Source of the DNA: an uncultured Candidatus Sumerlaeota bacterium
GTDB lineage: Bacteria > CAYMEV01
Direction: 5' to 3'
Assembly (NCBI GenBank): GCA_964389675.1
Contig: CAYMEV010000023.1
Span: 1 to 53,832 of the forward strand
DNA length: 53,832 bases
In this document: in pieces, positions 36,879 through 46,642 of the stretch
How positions within the stretch are numbered: position 1 is the first letter of the stretch
How the letters are laid out: each line of letters starts with the position of its first letter
Translations under genes and position numbers: made by a program
The notes under the pieces: generated by a model
The model's input: only the letters and a program-made list of their open reading frames with translations
The model's database searches: none
What the model was told of the DNA's origin: nothing

Positions 36879-39800
36879 TTACCTTATTTTCCCTTTCAGC
36901 TCTTTTATCCTTGCCCTGTATTCATATGCCGGTTTTTTATCATACAGCCTCCTATAGATTTCCATTGCCCTGTTCCTGTAATACTCTCTGCCGTTTATCC
37001 TCCAAAGCTCATATGATATATACGCCGACAGTTCTTCTTCATCTATGCTTTTCTTCAGCATATCAGTAAGCGCTTCCTCATTTTTTTCTATCCGATGCTT
37101 AAGTATTGTGCATTTTATATTCATCTCATAATTATCAAGCCTGCAGGCCATTTTATAGGCTTCCTCTGTCACATCCAATGCTTCCTGGATATCATTCATT
37201 TCGATAAGCAGCACGGCCTTTTCAAACAGAAGTTTACATAAAGCAATACCGGCATTCAAAGGCCTTAATATCTCCAGGGCTCTGTTATAAAAACCAAGTG
37301 CCTTTTCATGTTCTCCGGCATAATGATATGTAAACCCCATCTGACCAAGGACATCTGCTGTCTCTCTTTTTGCCCCTGCCTCTTCACAAAAGGACAGGGA
37401 TTTTTCAAAACACTTCATTGCTCTGTCAAGATACCCCTGTTCCCGGTGGATATCCCCGAGCTTTATAAGGCTGTACACCAGGCCTATCCTGTCATTTGTC
37501 CTTTTGCACAATGCAAGGTTTTTCCTGCAGTATTTTTCAGCATCATTATACCTTCCCTCGTCAATGAATATATTTATAATACTGCCCAGGGCAAGGCTCA
37601 CTCCTGCCTGGTGGCCAATTTCCTCGCTTATTTCAAGCTGTTTTCTGTAATATTCCAGGGCTTTGTCCTTTTCACCCATTTTTCTGTATGTAATACCCAT
37701 ATTTCCGTATGCATAGGCTGCCCCTGATCTATCCCCTGTCTGTATGCATATAGCCAGGGATTTTTCAAAATTCTCCATAGCCTTCTTAATATCCCCCTGA
37801 AGGTAGAGGACACCCCCTATATTGCCGTAGGCACAGCTTTCCCTGCCTTTATTGCCCAGCTCTTTGCACAGGGCAAGCATTTTTTTGTAGCATTCAAGCG
37901 CTTTATCATAATTGCCTTTATATGAATGTACTATTCCTATCTCTCCTGAAGCAATGCTTATGCTGTTCCTGTCCCCTGCATTTTCAGATACACTGACAGC
38001 CCTCTCAAGGTACTTCATAGCACCATCAAATTCTCCAGAACGGCTGAGGATGCTGCCAATCTGTATGAGAGACTTGCTTACACCCTCCATATATCCTGCT
38101 TTTTCAGACAACTCCAGTGAAAACTCCAGGAATTTCCTTGCCTCCTTGAGTTTTCCCTTCTCTTTCAGTAAATATCCCAAAGATCCTGCAGATTCTGCCA
38201 TCAAATGCTCACTGCCTATCGATCGTGAAATTTCAAGTGATTCTGCAGAGACCTTCTCAGCATCATCCAGCCTGCCTGTCAGCCGAAAGACCTTTTCCTT
38301 CCTGAGGAGTATATCTATGTACTGATCATTTTTCCCATCATCCTCAAGGTAGCCCAAAAGCCTGTCATAATAATCAAGGGCTTTTGTGTTATGATAGTTT
38401 GCCTCAGCCTTATCCCCGGCCTTTTTCAGGTATTCAACAGCCTTATCCCTTATCCCTGACTTATCGAAATGATCTGCAAGCTCCTCATAGTGCTCCTCTA
38501 TATTATTGCTGTAAATATCTTCGATTATATTGCCTGCAAGGCTGTGAAGCCTTCTTAGTGATGCTTTAAGCTGAAGTTCATAGACTGTATCCCTGATCAG
38601 CGCATGCTTGAATATATATCTTATCTCGGTAATATTATCCCATATCTGTTCATTGTATCCCCTTTCCACCTGCCAGGATGATTCCGTATCATTTTTTGCA
38701 ATATCTGCCTTTATGAGCAGTTTCTTTAAGACCCTTACTGCAAACTCCCTTCCCAGCACTGATGCCGCCTTTACAGCATCCCTGACCTTTGCAGAAAGCC
38801 TGTCTATCCTTGCAGTAATTATCTGGCTTATGCCTGAGGGAACATCCTCTCCCTTTTCAGTAATTCTGTAATCTTCTGTAAACAGGCCTCTCTCAGCAAG
38901 ATACATAGCTATCTGCTCAGCAAAGAAGGGATTTCCTTCGCTTCTTTTTTCTATGAAATCCAGTGTATCCTCAGGTATATTATCTGATCTAAGCATATCA
39001 GAAAGCAGTTCTTTAATATCTGCTCTGCCGAACTTACCTATCTTTAACCGCTCTGTCCTGACACCTTCCTCTCCCAGGTCCAGCTTAAACAGAGTACCGT
39101 CATCCCCGGGCCTGCAGACTGCAATAATGACAAACGGGTATCTCTCCACATTACGGGCCATTTCGCGCAGTGCTTCAATGCTGTCGCTGTCAATCCAGTG
39201 CGCATCCTCAATGATAAGGATCAAAGGTTCAATAAGGCTTAAGGCCTTTATAAGGTTCTTTAAGGCATAGAGTGTATTCTTATAGCGCTTTTCAGCACTC
39301 AACTGCAGATAAAACCCGTCCTGTCCCAGTCCTGCCAGTGCCCTGATAAAAGATCCGGTGCGGACAAGCTCACTTTTTATCCCCTGATCACTTGTCATTC
39401 TGATCAGCTCAGCATATCCTGCCTCAAAATTTTCTATGGCACTGGCTGTCCTGCCCCTGTTAAAATACTCAGATAAAAAACTGATAAAAGGGTTAAAGGG
39501 CTTTTTTAATATCTCATCGCATTGAAGATAATAGTATGCACGGCCTACTGCATTTTTTCTGAAATTATCTATAAACCTTGATTTTCCGATACCAGCTTCC
39601 CCGTCAATATATATAATCCCTCCGAATCTGCCCTGAAAAATACTCCCTGTCAGAGCCTTCAGCTCTTCTGTTTCAGCCTTTCTGCCGATAAACCTTCCAG
39701 CATATTCTATTCTTCTGTCTTCATGCTTCCCTTTAAGTTCATATACTTCAGTTCTTTTCCTTATCCCTTTGAATTTTTTGTATCCGGCCTTCAGGAACTC

Positions 39801-40886
39801 ATAGGTTTTTGAAACCCTGTCTTTCACCGAGCTGTCTGTTTCCGCCATTCCCCACCGGGCCAGTGACATTATCCTTGCTGACATATTCACAACATTCCCA
39901 AGTGCCGTGTACTCGCTCCTCATCTCCGAACCTACAAAGCCTGCAAAGGCAATACCGCCAGCAATGCCTGCCCTGTATTCAAAGCCGGGAATATCCCCAA
40001 GGCTGAGCGCAAAGTCGCAGGCCCTTTCATATAGTTTTTCCCTCCCCTCAGGGGCTCCGAAAAGTACCAGGATGGTGCCTCCCTTATCCCCGAATCCTGC
40101 CCTGTTGAGATACCCTCCGTAAGTACTGCAGTTATTCAGAACCCTTTCTATGCCGTCCCTGTAATTTCCCTTCTCAGAGAAATTAATAAAGCAGGATACG
40201 ATCTCCCTGAACTCTCCTTTCTCCTTTAGTTCCAGCACTGAAGCCGGCACAAAAGCTGACTCATCCCCCGGTGTTTCTTTACTGCCTGTACCTCCAGGCT
40301 TTATCTTCCCCTCTCTTATCAGGAAATGATCAGGGCCTGCTGATCTCTTTTCAATATCCGCCCTGTCAGCAAAGCTCCTGTCTGCTATGATCTGCATCTT
40401 TCGGGCAAGGTGCTCTGACTCTGCACATCCATCGACAGCCTCTCCCCTTAAATAATACAAATTTCTGTGTTCAGTCTCAATTATTGAAAACTCCACCCTG
40501 CCATATGAAAGCCCTATTTTGGCAGAAAGGTCAAATCTCCCGAACCTTGTGTCAATAGTACCCTTTTCCTTAAACAGCCTGCTTATCATAAAAACAGCCC
40601 TTAAGACATTATCCGCGCCAGCATTCTCAAAAACGGCCGTAAATGCATCTCCCGCAAAGGATGCTACAAACCCCCCGTTATCATATACGGCCCTGATGGA
40701 AGGGGTAAAAACAGAATTAATGATCCCGGACAGCACTTCAGCACCCTCTCTGCCGTGTGCCATAAGCTCCTGGGTCATATCAGTGAAACCTGATATGTCG
40801 ATAAACCCGGTAAAAGCCTCAAAAATGCCGCCAGGCCTTTTATTTCTGTAATTATCCAGAATGAAACCGGGTACTAATCTGCTCAT
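36879..40886 (-). CDS. Cyclase - STAND ATPase - TPR protein, paralogue 3
   Basis: FIDISGFT, FAGDA, GDKG, EYTALGNVVNMSAR; GEAGIGKS; LIIEDAHW; GNPFF; FKHALIRD; 10 TPR units. Confidence 0.9.
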   Translation of the reverse strand: MSRLVPGFILDNYRNKRPGGIFEAFTGFIDISGFTDMTQELMAHGREGAEVLSGIINSVFTPSIRAVYDNGGFVASFAGDAFTAVFENAGADNVLRAVFMISRLFKEKGTIDTRFGRFDLSAKIGLSYGRVEFSIIETEHRNLYYLRGEAVDGCAESEHLARKMQIIADRSFADRADIEKRSAGPDHFLIREGKIKPGGTGSKETPGDESAFVPASVLELKEKGEFREIVSCFINFSEKGNYRDGIERVLNNCSTYGGYLNRAGFGDKGGTILVLFGAPEGREKLYERACDFALSLGDIPGFEYRAGIAGGIAFAGFVGSEMRSEYTALGNVVNMSARIMSLARWGMAETDSSVKDRVSKTYEFLKAGYKKFKGIRKRTEVYELKGKHEDRRIEYAGRFIGRKAETEELKALTGSIFQGRFGGIIYIDGEAGIGKSRFIDNFRKNAVGRAYYYLQCDEILKKPFNPFISFLSEYFNRGRTASAIENFEAGYAELIRMTSDQGIKSELVRTGSFIRALAGLGQDGFYLQLSAEKRYKNTLYALKNLIKALSLIEPLILIIEDAHWIDSDSIEALREMARNVERYPFVIIAVCRPGDDGTLFKLDLGEEGVRTERLKIGKFGRADIKELLSDMLRSDNIPEDTLDFIEKRSEGNPFFAEQIAMYLAERGLFTEDYRITEKGEDVPSGISQIITARIDRLSAKVRDAVKAASVLGREFAVRVLKKLLIKADIAKNDTESSWQVERGYNEQIWDNITEIRYIFKHALIRDTVYELQLKASLRRLHSLAGNIIEDIYSNNIEEHYEELADHFDKSGIRDKAVEYLKKAGDKAEANYHNTKALDYYDRLLGYLEDDGKNDQYIDILLRKEKVFRLTGRLDDAEKVSAESLEISRSIGSEHLMAESAGSLGYLLKEKGKLKEARKFLEFSLELSEKAGYMEGVSKSLIQIGSILSRSGEFDGAMKYLERAVSVSENAGDRNSISIASGEIGIVHSYKGNYDKALECYKKMLALCKELGNKGRESCAYGNIGGVLYLQGDIKKAMENFEKSLAICIQTGDRSGAAYAYGNMGITYRKMGEKDKALEYYRKQLEISEEIGHQAGVSLALGSIINIFIDEGRYNDAEKYCRKNLALCKRTNDRIGLVYSLIKLGDIHREQGYLDRAMKCFEKSLSFCEEAGAKRETADVLGQMGFTYHYAGEHEKALGFYNRALEILRPLNAGIALCKLLFEKAVLLIEMNDIQEALDVTEEAYKMACRLDNYEMNIKCTILKHRIEKNEEALTDMLKKSIDEEELSAYISYELWRINGREYYRNRAMEIYRRLYDKKPAYEYRARIKELKGKIR
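37122..38321 (-). repeat. Ten tandem 120-nt (40-aa) TPR-like repeats in paralogue 3
   Basis: Gap-free 40-aa periodicity from YIDILL to DNYEM. Confidence 0.8.
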
Positions 40887-40936
40887 ATTAATACCCTACC
40901 ATAAGATCATTATTTATATAAAATAAATAAAGTCTG

Positions 40937-41056
40937 CACAATAAGGCTGAATTTATATAAATTTTCTGAATTGCAGGCTTTGCTGCAATAACAAAGGACC
41001 CTTTTTCAAGCACCATGCTTCATGATGACACTATTGGGCATCTCCTGGAGAGTCAT
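40937..41056 (+). pseudogene. Decayed copy of the 5' end of the VOC/glyoxalase gene at 42651
   Basis: 40937-41001 matches 42633-42697 at 57/65 nt without gaps; SD and ATG are mutated and there is an in-frame TGA; the continuation encodes DPFSSTMLHDDTIGHLLESH versus DPSASASLYRDTLGLPLESH. Confidence 0.85.
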
Positions 41057-41127
41057 AAAAATTATTTTTCATTTATAAAACCAGACAGATCATTTTGTAT
41101 CTGTAAATATAATGAAACACCCGGATA

Positions 41128-42318
41128 TTATTCCATGGAGGAATAAAGTAAATCCTCAATTTTGCAGATATCATGAAATGACTGGATAAATATCCTGTTG
41201 CCAATCTTATAATTTTTGAATAATTCCAGCTGTCGGCCTTTCATTTCCCTGTCCAGCTTAACCTCTATGAGAGTATTTCCATTAACGACAAAATCAAGCT
41301 CTATTTTATTTTCATAAAGATAATTCACTCTGTTGTGCCTTATCAACAGGAATATATAGTTCTCAAATAAACTGCCTGTATCCCGAAAGCCTGTATAGTG
41401 ACTTCTGATGCCGATATCTGCTGCATATACCTTTTTCGGGGCAAGTATTACTTCATTTGTTTTTCCGTACCGGGCAATTATATGAATGAGATATGTGTCT
41501 TCAAACAGCCTTAGATAACGGCTTGCAGTGTCAGGGCTTATTGAGAGGATTTTAGCAATCTTATTTACGCTGTATCGTTTTCCTGAACGCTCCATAAGCA
41601 GAAGGAAAAACTCTCTTATAATATTATGGTTCTTTATTGAGTGAAAGGCTATTATATCCTTGTATATAATATCATCCACCAGATGCTGGAGATATGACCT
41701 GTCCCTGTATAATACATATTCAGGGATACCGCCATGCTCAAGGTAATCATTAAAGTATTCCCTTTCAAGATAGCTGTCACGTTTTTTTATTTTGATACTG
41801 TTAAACAGTTTATACTCCTCAAAATTCAGGGGCGGGATCTCAATAATTATCTCCCTCCCGGTCAGAAATGCTTTTTTGTCCCTGAGAACTGAAGCGCTTG
41901 AAGATGATGCAAATATTTTTACGCTTTGCGAGTCATACAGGTTTTTAATCTGCTGCTCAAACCTGTCCTTATATGATATTTCATCCAAAAACAGGTAAAC
42001 CTGTGTGTCATTTGTCAGTTTGTGCAGCTTTCTGTAATCCCGCACAATATCAATAATTGACAGTGAATTCAGAGAAAAATCATCACAGCTTACATAAAAA
42101 ATGAGTTTATTATCAATGCCCTGATCCAGCAGGTATTTTACTGTTGCTTTAAGAAGCGTGGTTTTTCCTATACGGCGCAAGCCGGTCAGAATTACAATAT
42201 TCCTTGTATTGATCTGGTTTTTGATCAAAGAAAAGATCATCGGACGTTCTATCATGGCAGGCTCGGTCCAATCGTTCTCCCACCATGGATTATATTGATA
42301 ATAGATATCTGTATTCAT
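41128..42318 (-). CDS. AAA_14-type ATPase with wHTH and C-terminal DUF4143/PD-(D/E)xK-like domain
   Basis: GGAG before MNTD; YNPWW, GLRRIGKT, LFLDEI, LTGR, PLNFEEY, GGIPE, KKVYAADIG, FENY, ELDFV..LIEVK. Confidence 0.85.
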   Translation of the reverse strand: MNTDIYYQYNPWWENDWTEPAMIERPMIFSLIKNQINTRNIVILTGLRRIGKTTLLKATVKYLLDQGIDNKLIFYVSCDDFSLNSLSIIDIVRDYRKLHKLTNDTQVYLFLDEISYKDRFEQQIKNLYDSQSVKIFASSSSASVLRDKKAFLTGREIIIEIPPLNFEEYKLFNSIKIKKRDSYLEREYFNDYLEHGGIPEYVLYRDRSYLQHLVDDIIYKDIIAFHSIKNHNIIREFFLLLMERSGKRYSVNKIAKILSISPDTASRYLRLFEDTYLIHIIARYGKTNEVILAPKKVYAADIGIRSHYTGFRDTGSLFENYIFLLIRHNRVNYLYENKIELDFVVNGNTLIEVKLDREMKGRQLELFKNYKIGNRIFIQSFHDICKIEDLLYSSME

Positions 42319-42364
42319 ATTATTCTCCAAATATTTATACGATAATATCTTATATTATATTATA

Positions 42365-42393
42365 AATATATACGTTGACATCGTATAAGTCAA
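42365..42393 (-). promoter_or_regulatory. Putative sigma70 promoter of the AAA/DUF4143 gene
   Basis: On the minus strand TTGACT (42393-42388), 17 nt, TATATT (42370-42365). Confidence 0.55.
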
Positions 42394-42650
42394 ATATTTT
42401 TTAGAAAAAATGCTTTAATAAATTTCTGCCTGCATAGCCAGATGATGTATCAGCTGCACAAGACAGGCTGCAGGCTGAACAGATTTCATATTAACATCCA
42501 CAGACATAATCCAGTTAAAATGAATCCTGGCTTATTGCATATTATATAAGCCCGTATTATATTATATACGTGAACTTAGATTATTTTATAATGATCCAAT
42601 TATTTAGTATAAGTATATAATAATAATGATCTCACAATAAGGAGAAATTC

Positions 42651-43073
42651 ATGAAGATTTTCTGCATTGCAGGCTTTGCTGCAATAACAAAGGACCCGTC
42701 CGCAAGTGCATCACTCTACAGGGATACCCTGGGCCTTCCCCTTGAGAGCCATGGAGATTACCTCTTCATGGATAAATTTCCCGGAGCATTCCATTTCGGT
42801 GTATGGCCACTTAAAATGGCAGCCCTTTCCTGTTTCGGCACGGAACGGTGGCCATCTGATATACCCGAACCTTCATCCACCATTGAGTTTGAACTTGAAG
42901 ATGCATCTGCAGTATCTGAAGCTGTACTGGAAATGAAACAGAAGGGCTATCATTTTATCCATGAAGCACGCACAGAACCATGGGGACAGACAGTAGCAAG
43001 GTTTCAGAGCCCTGAAGGAGTGCTGACAGGCTTAAGCTATGCACCCTGGCTTCATGAAAAACAGCCTTCCTGA
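42651..43073 (+). CDS. VOC/glyoxalase/bleomycin-resistance family protein
   Basis: SD TAAGGAG; LYRDTLGLPL, HFGVWPL, IEFE, EPWGQTVARFQSPEG. Confidence 0.88.
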   Translation: MKIFCIAGFAAITKDPSASASLYRDTLGLPLESHGDYLFMDKFPGAFHFGVWPLKMAALSCFGTERWPSDIPEPSSTIEFELEDASAVSEAVLEMKQKGYHFIHEARTEPWGQTVARFQSPEGVLTGLSYAPWLHEKQPS

Positions 43074-43096
43074 TAAAACAAAAGATCAGGCTTATT

Positions 43097-43129
43097 TTTG
43101 AGCTGTTCAAAAACAGCATAAAGCTCAAA
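43097..43129 (+). terminator. Possible terminator hairpin after the VOC gene
   Basis: TTTGAGCT ... AGCTCAAA inverted repeat with alternative inner GCTGTT/AACAGC stem. Confidence 0.4.
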
Positions 43130-43163
43130 TTTCTGTCCTGTCATTACAATGAAAGCATAGATA

Positions 43164-43191
43164 TTGACAAATATAAAAAAATGCATAAAAT
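43164..43191 (+). promoter_or_regulatory. Putative sigma70 promoter of the carotenoid operon
   Basis: TTGACA (43164-43169), 16 nt, TAAAAT (43186-43191). Confidence 0.5.
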
Positions 43192-43248
43192 TAATAATGG
43201 TTCAAAAATTCTGACTGATATAGAGGGAAATCAGTTATCAGATATTCA

Positions 43249-43704
43249 TTGCTGAAAGATTTTTTAATTGCTCTAAGCATTCTTTTGTCATTTGCAGGGC
43301 ATTCCTCGCTTTGCGGTGAAGAAAAAACAGGCAGGATAGTTGTAGAGATAAAGGGCCTTAAGAATAATGAAGGCAAAGCCCGGATACTAATATTTTCTGA
43401 AAAAGAGAAAGATTATTTCCCCTCAGACCATGAAAAAGCATACAGGGCTCATGTCATGCCTGCTTCTGATGCACAGGAGGGTTTTGTATTCGAAGGGGTC
43501 CCATTTGGCAGTTATGCAGTGAGCGTGCATCATGATGAAAATGATGACGGCAGGGTGAATTCAAACTTTCTGGGCATCCCGAAGGAAGGCCTTGGGGCAT
43601 CCAATGATGCAAAGGACAGTTTCGGGCCTCCGCCTTTCCGGAAGGCTGAAGTTGCCCTGAATGATGATACCCTTGTTGTTAAGATAAATATTGTATATCC
43701 ATAA
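43249..43704 (+). CDS. DUF2141 family secreted protein
   Basis: Signal-like N-terminus; GLKNNEGK, G.YAVSVHHDENDDG...NFLGIPKEGLGASN...FGPP.F; start uncertain (TTG). Confidence 0.85.
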   Translation: MLKDFLIALSILLSFAGHSSLCGEEKTGRIVVEIKGLKNNEGKARILIFSEKEKDYFPSDHEKAYRAHVMPASDAQEGFVFEGVPFGSYAVSVHHDENDDGRVNSNFLGIPKEGLGASNDAKDSFGPPPFRKAEVALNDDTLVVKINIVYP

Positions 43705-43729
43705 TAAAAATATAGGAAGGGAACGCAAA

Positions 43730-45229
43730 ATGGAAAAAAAGAAGGTAATAATAATCGGAGCTGGCCCTGGAGGTCTATCTGCCGGCATGATACTGGCGCA
43801 AAAGGGGTTTGATGTCCGCATATATGAAAAAAGGAATATCGTCGGCGGGAGAAACGGTTTTATCAAATCAGGAGATTTCACCTTTGACATAGGCCCTACA
43901 TTTTTTCTTATGAAATACGTTCTTGAGAATATTTTTAAATTATGCGGCAAGGAGCTGACAGACTATGTAAAGGTCATAGAACTTGACCCTATGTACAGGC
44001 TTGCTTTTCATGACAGGACCCTGATACCCACTACAGACAAGGAAAGAATGATAAAAGAGATGGAAAGTGTTTTCCCGGGAAGCTCAAAGGGCTATATAAG
44101 GTATCTTAAAAAGGAAAAGAAGAAATTCGACAGGCTTATCCCATGCCTCGAAGTCCCATACGGCAGGATAAGAGATTATTTATCCCTGAGGCTTCTAAAG
44201 GCTGTACCCTACCTGGATGCACACCTAAACCTCTTTGATGTCCTGGGGAGGTATTTTGACGATGATACCCTTAAAATATGCTTTACCTTCCAGGCAAAAT
44301 ATATAGGAATGTCACCCTGGGAAGCGCCAGGGCTTTTCAGCATACTTTCCTTCATTGAGCACGGAGGCGGTGTCTATCATATAGAGGGGGGGCTGAACAG
44401 GCTTTCTCAGGCCATGGCAAAGGTGACAGAGGAATTCGGCGGGAAGATACGGCTCTCCACCCCTGTTAAAAACCTTATTATTGAAGACGGCATCGCCAGG
44501 GGAGTCCTTCTTGAGGACGGCTCAGAAGAAAGAGGCGACTATGTAATAATTAATGCTGACTTTGCCCATGCAATGAACAGGCTTGCAGGATCAGGGCACA
44601 GAAGAAAATATACCGACAAACGCCTTAAAAAGATGAAATATTCATGTTCCACCTTCATGCTCTACCTTGGGCTGGACACGGTATATGACAATCTGAATCA
44701 CCATAATATCTTCTTTTCGAAGGACTATAAGCAGAATGTTGCTGAAATAGTCAAAAACTCAGTCATTTCCGATGACCCGTCATTCTATGTCCACAACCCC
44801 AGCCTGATAGACAAAACCCTTGCGCCGGAGGGAAAATCATCCGTTTATGTCCTTGTGCCAATAGGAAATACCAGCGGGGGCATCGACTGGGAAAAGAATG
44901 AAGAGCCCTTTAAGGAAAAGATACTGGGCCTGATGGAGTCAAAGGCAGGCATGAAGGATATCAGGTCCCACATAGAGCAGATAAAGGTAATAACCCCTAA
45001 ATACTGGCTTGAGGAGATGGATATATACAATGGGGCTACCTTCAATCTCGGCCATAATATGGGTCAGATGCTCTATTTCAGGCCCCATAATGAATTTGAG
45101 GAATTTGGGAACTGCTATCTTACAGGCGGGGGAACCCATCCGGGAAGCGGGCTTCCCACCATATACGAATCAGGGAGGATCAGCTCTGAGCTTATCCTGA
45201 AAAGGGAAGGTATGAGCCTTAAATCATAG
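43730..45229 (+). CDS. crtN: C30 4,4'-diapophytoene desaturase (phytoene desaturase family)
   Basis: GAGPGGL FAD motif, GGRNG, FDIGPTF, FQAKYIGMSPW, SCSTFMLYLG, GGTHPGSGLPTIYESGRIS; first gene of the cluster. Confidence 0.8.
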   Translation: MEKKKVIIIGAGPGGLSAGMILAQKGFDVRIYEKRNIVGGRNGFIKSGDFTFDIGPTFFLMKYVLENIFKLCGKELTDYVKVIELDPMYRLAFHDRTLIPTTDKERMIKEMESVFPGSSKGYIRYLKKEKKKFDRLIPCLEVPYGRIRDYLSLRLLKAVPYLDAHLNLFDVLGRYFDDDTLKICFTFQAKYIGMSPWEAPGLFSILSFIEHGGGVYHIEGGLNRLSQAMAKVTEEFGGKIRLSTPVKNLIIEDGIARGVLLEDGSEERGDYVIINADFAHAMNRLAGSGHRRKYTDKRLKKMKYSCSTFMLYLGLDTVYDNLNHHNIFFSKDYKQNVAEIVKNSVISDDPSFYVHNPSLIDKTLAPEGKSSVYVLVPIGNTSGGIDWEKNEEPFKEKILGLMESKAGMKDIRSHIEQIKVITPKYWLEEMDIYNGATFNLGHNMGQMLYFRPHNEFEEFGNCYLTGGGTHPGSGLPTIYESGRISSELILKREGMSLKS

Positions 45230-45233
45230 ACCG

Positions 45234-46616
45234 ATGAATGAAAAAGATGTAGAGATACTTTATAATAAGCAGAGAACATTCTTTGACAGCGGAAAGACCC
45301 GGGATACACACTTCAGAATAGATCAGCTGAGAAAGCTGTACCATATCATAGATGAGAACACAAAAGAGATCCTTCATTCACTTTTTCTGGACCTTAACAA
45401 GAGCAGTACAGAGTCATTTACAAGCGAGATAATGTATGCGCTCATAGAGATCAAGGCCCTTCTTCGAAATATAAAGAAATGGTCCCGCCCTGTAAAGGTA
45501 AAGACCCCTATACTCAATAAGCCGGGAAAAAGTTTTTATATATATGAACCATACGGCACCGCACTGATAATAAGCCCGTGGAACTATCCCTTCGGCCTTC
45601 TGATCACCCCGCTTGCCGGAGCAATAGCATCGGGCAACTGCATTATCGGCAAGCCGTCGGAACAGGCACCCAGTACATCAGCCTGCATAAAAAGGCTTAT
45701 CGATCAGAACTTTGACGAGGCTTATATAGCCATTGTTGAGGGTGGAGCTGAAGACACACAATCTCTCATCAGGCCAGGGACAGGCTGTATATTCTTTACC
45801 GGGAGCACCGGTGTCGGCAGAAAGATAATGGCATCCGCCTCAAATTACCTTATCCCGGTCATACTGGAGCTTGGAGGCAAGAACCCATGCATCGTCGATG
45901 ATGATATCAACCTGGATACAGCAGTAAGAAGGATCGCATGGGGCAAATTCTTCAATGCGGGGCAGACATGCGTAGCCCCTGATTACCTCATGGTGCACAG
46001 GAATATAAAGGATAAGTTCCTAAATAAACTCAAAAGCACCATAAAGGATTTCTATGAAACCAGGGACCCTGTAAAGGACTTTACCCGTATAATTAACAGA
46101 AAGCATTATGACAGGCTCTCCGGGCTCCTGAATAAAGGAGATATAATAGCAGGCGGCAATACAGATGAAGAGAGGCTTTATATCTCGCCCACTGTACTGG
46201 ACAATATGGATTTTGATTCAAGGATAATGCAGGAAGAGATATTCGGCCCCGTTCTGCCTGTAATTACCTATGATAACCTTGCCTCTGCATTAGATCATAT
46301 TACAAAAAGGGACAGGCCCCTCATTACATATTTTTTCTCGAATGACAAAAGGAAGCAGAAGCTTGTGATGGACAGGGCAAACTCTGGATCTGTATGTATA
46401 AACGGCACACTGCATATCTTTCTGTCAAATGAACTGCCATTCGGAGGTGCAGGTGCAAGCGGTATGGGCAGATACCATGGTTTTGCAAGCTATGAGGCCT
46501 TCACTTATAAAAAGGCAGTACTGCAGAAATCATTGTCATGGGATATAAAAACATTCTATCCCCCATATAAAACACCCCTGAAATTCTTAAAAAAAATAAT
46601 GGATTTTATATATTAA
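45234..46616 (+). CDS. aldH: Aldehyde dehydrogenase (probable 4,4'-diapocarotenoid-aldehyde dehydrogenase)
   Basis: SPWNYP, KPSE, FTGS, LELGGKNP, NAGQTCVAPDY, EEIFGP, PFGG.G.SG.G.YHG; lies between crtN and crtP. Confidence 0.8.
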   Translation: MNEKDVEILYNKQRTFFDSGKTRDTHFRIDQLRKLYHIIDENTKEILHSLFLDLNKSSTESFTSEIMYALIEIKALLRNIKKWSRPVKVKTPILNKPGKSFYIYEPYGTALIISPWNYPFGLLITPLAGAIASGNCIIGKPSEQAPSTSACIKRLIDQNFDEAYIAIVEGGAEDTQSLIRPGTGCIFFTGSTGVGRKIMASASNYLIPVILELGGKNPCIVDDDINLDTAVRRIAWGKFFNAGQTCVAPDYLMVHRNIKDKFLNKLKSTIKDFYETRDPVKDFTRIINRKHYDRLSGLLNKGDIIAGGNTDEERLYISPTVLDNMDFDSRIMQEEIFGPVLPVITYDNLASALDHITKRDRPLITYFFSNDKRKQKLVMDRANSGSVCINGTLHIFLSNELPFGGAGASGMGRYHGFASYEAFTYKKAVLQKSLSWDIKTFYPPYKTPLKFLKKIMDFIY

Positions 46617-46642
46617 AAATAATGGATATGGAAGGTGCAAAT

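Noticed and set aside
41128-42318. AAA gene as a transposase helper (IstB) or integrase-bearing element
   Set aside because: Motifs fit the AAA_14/DUF4143 type; no transposase, integrase or terminal inverted repeats were found
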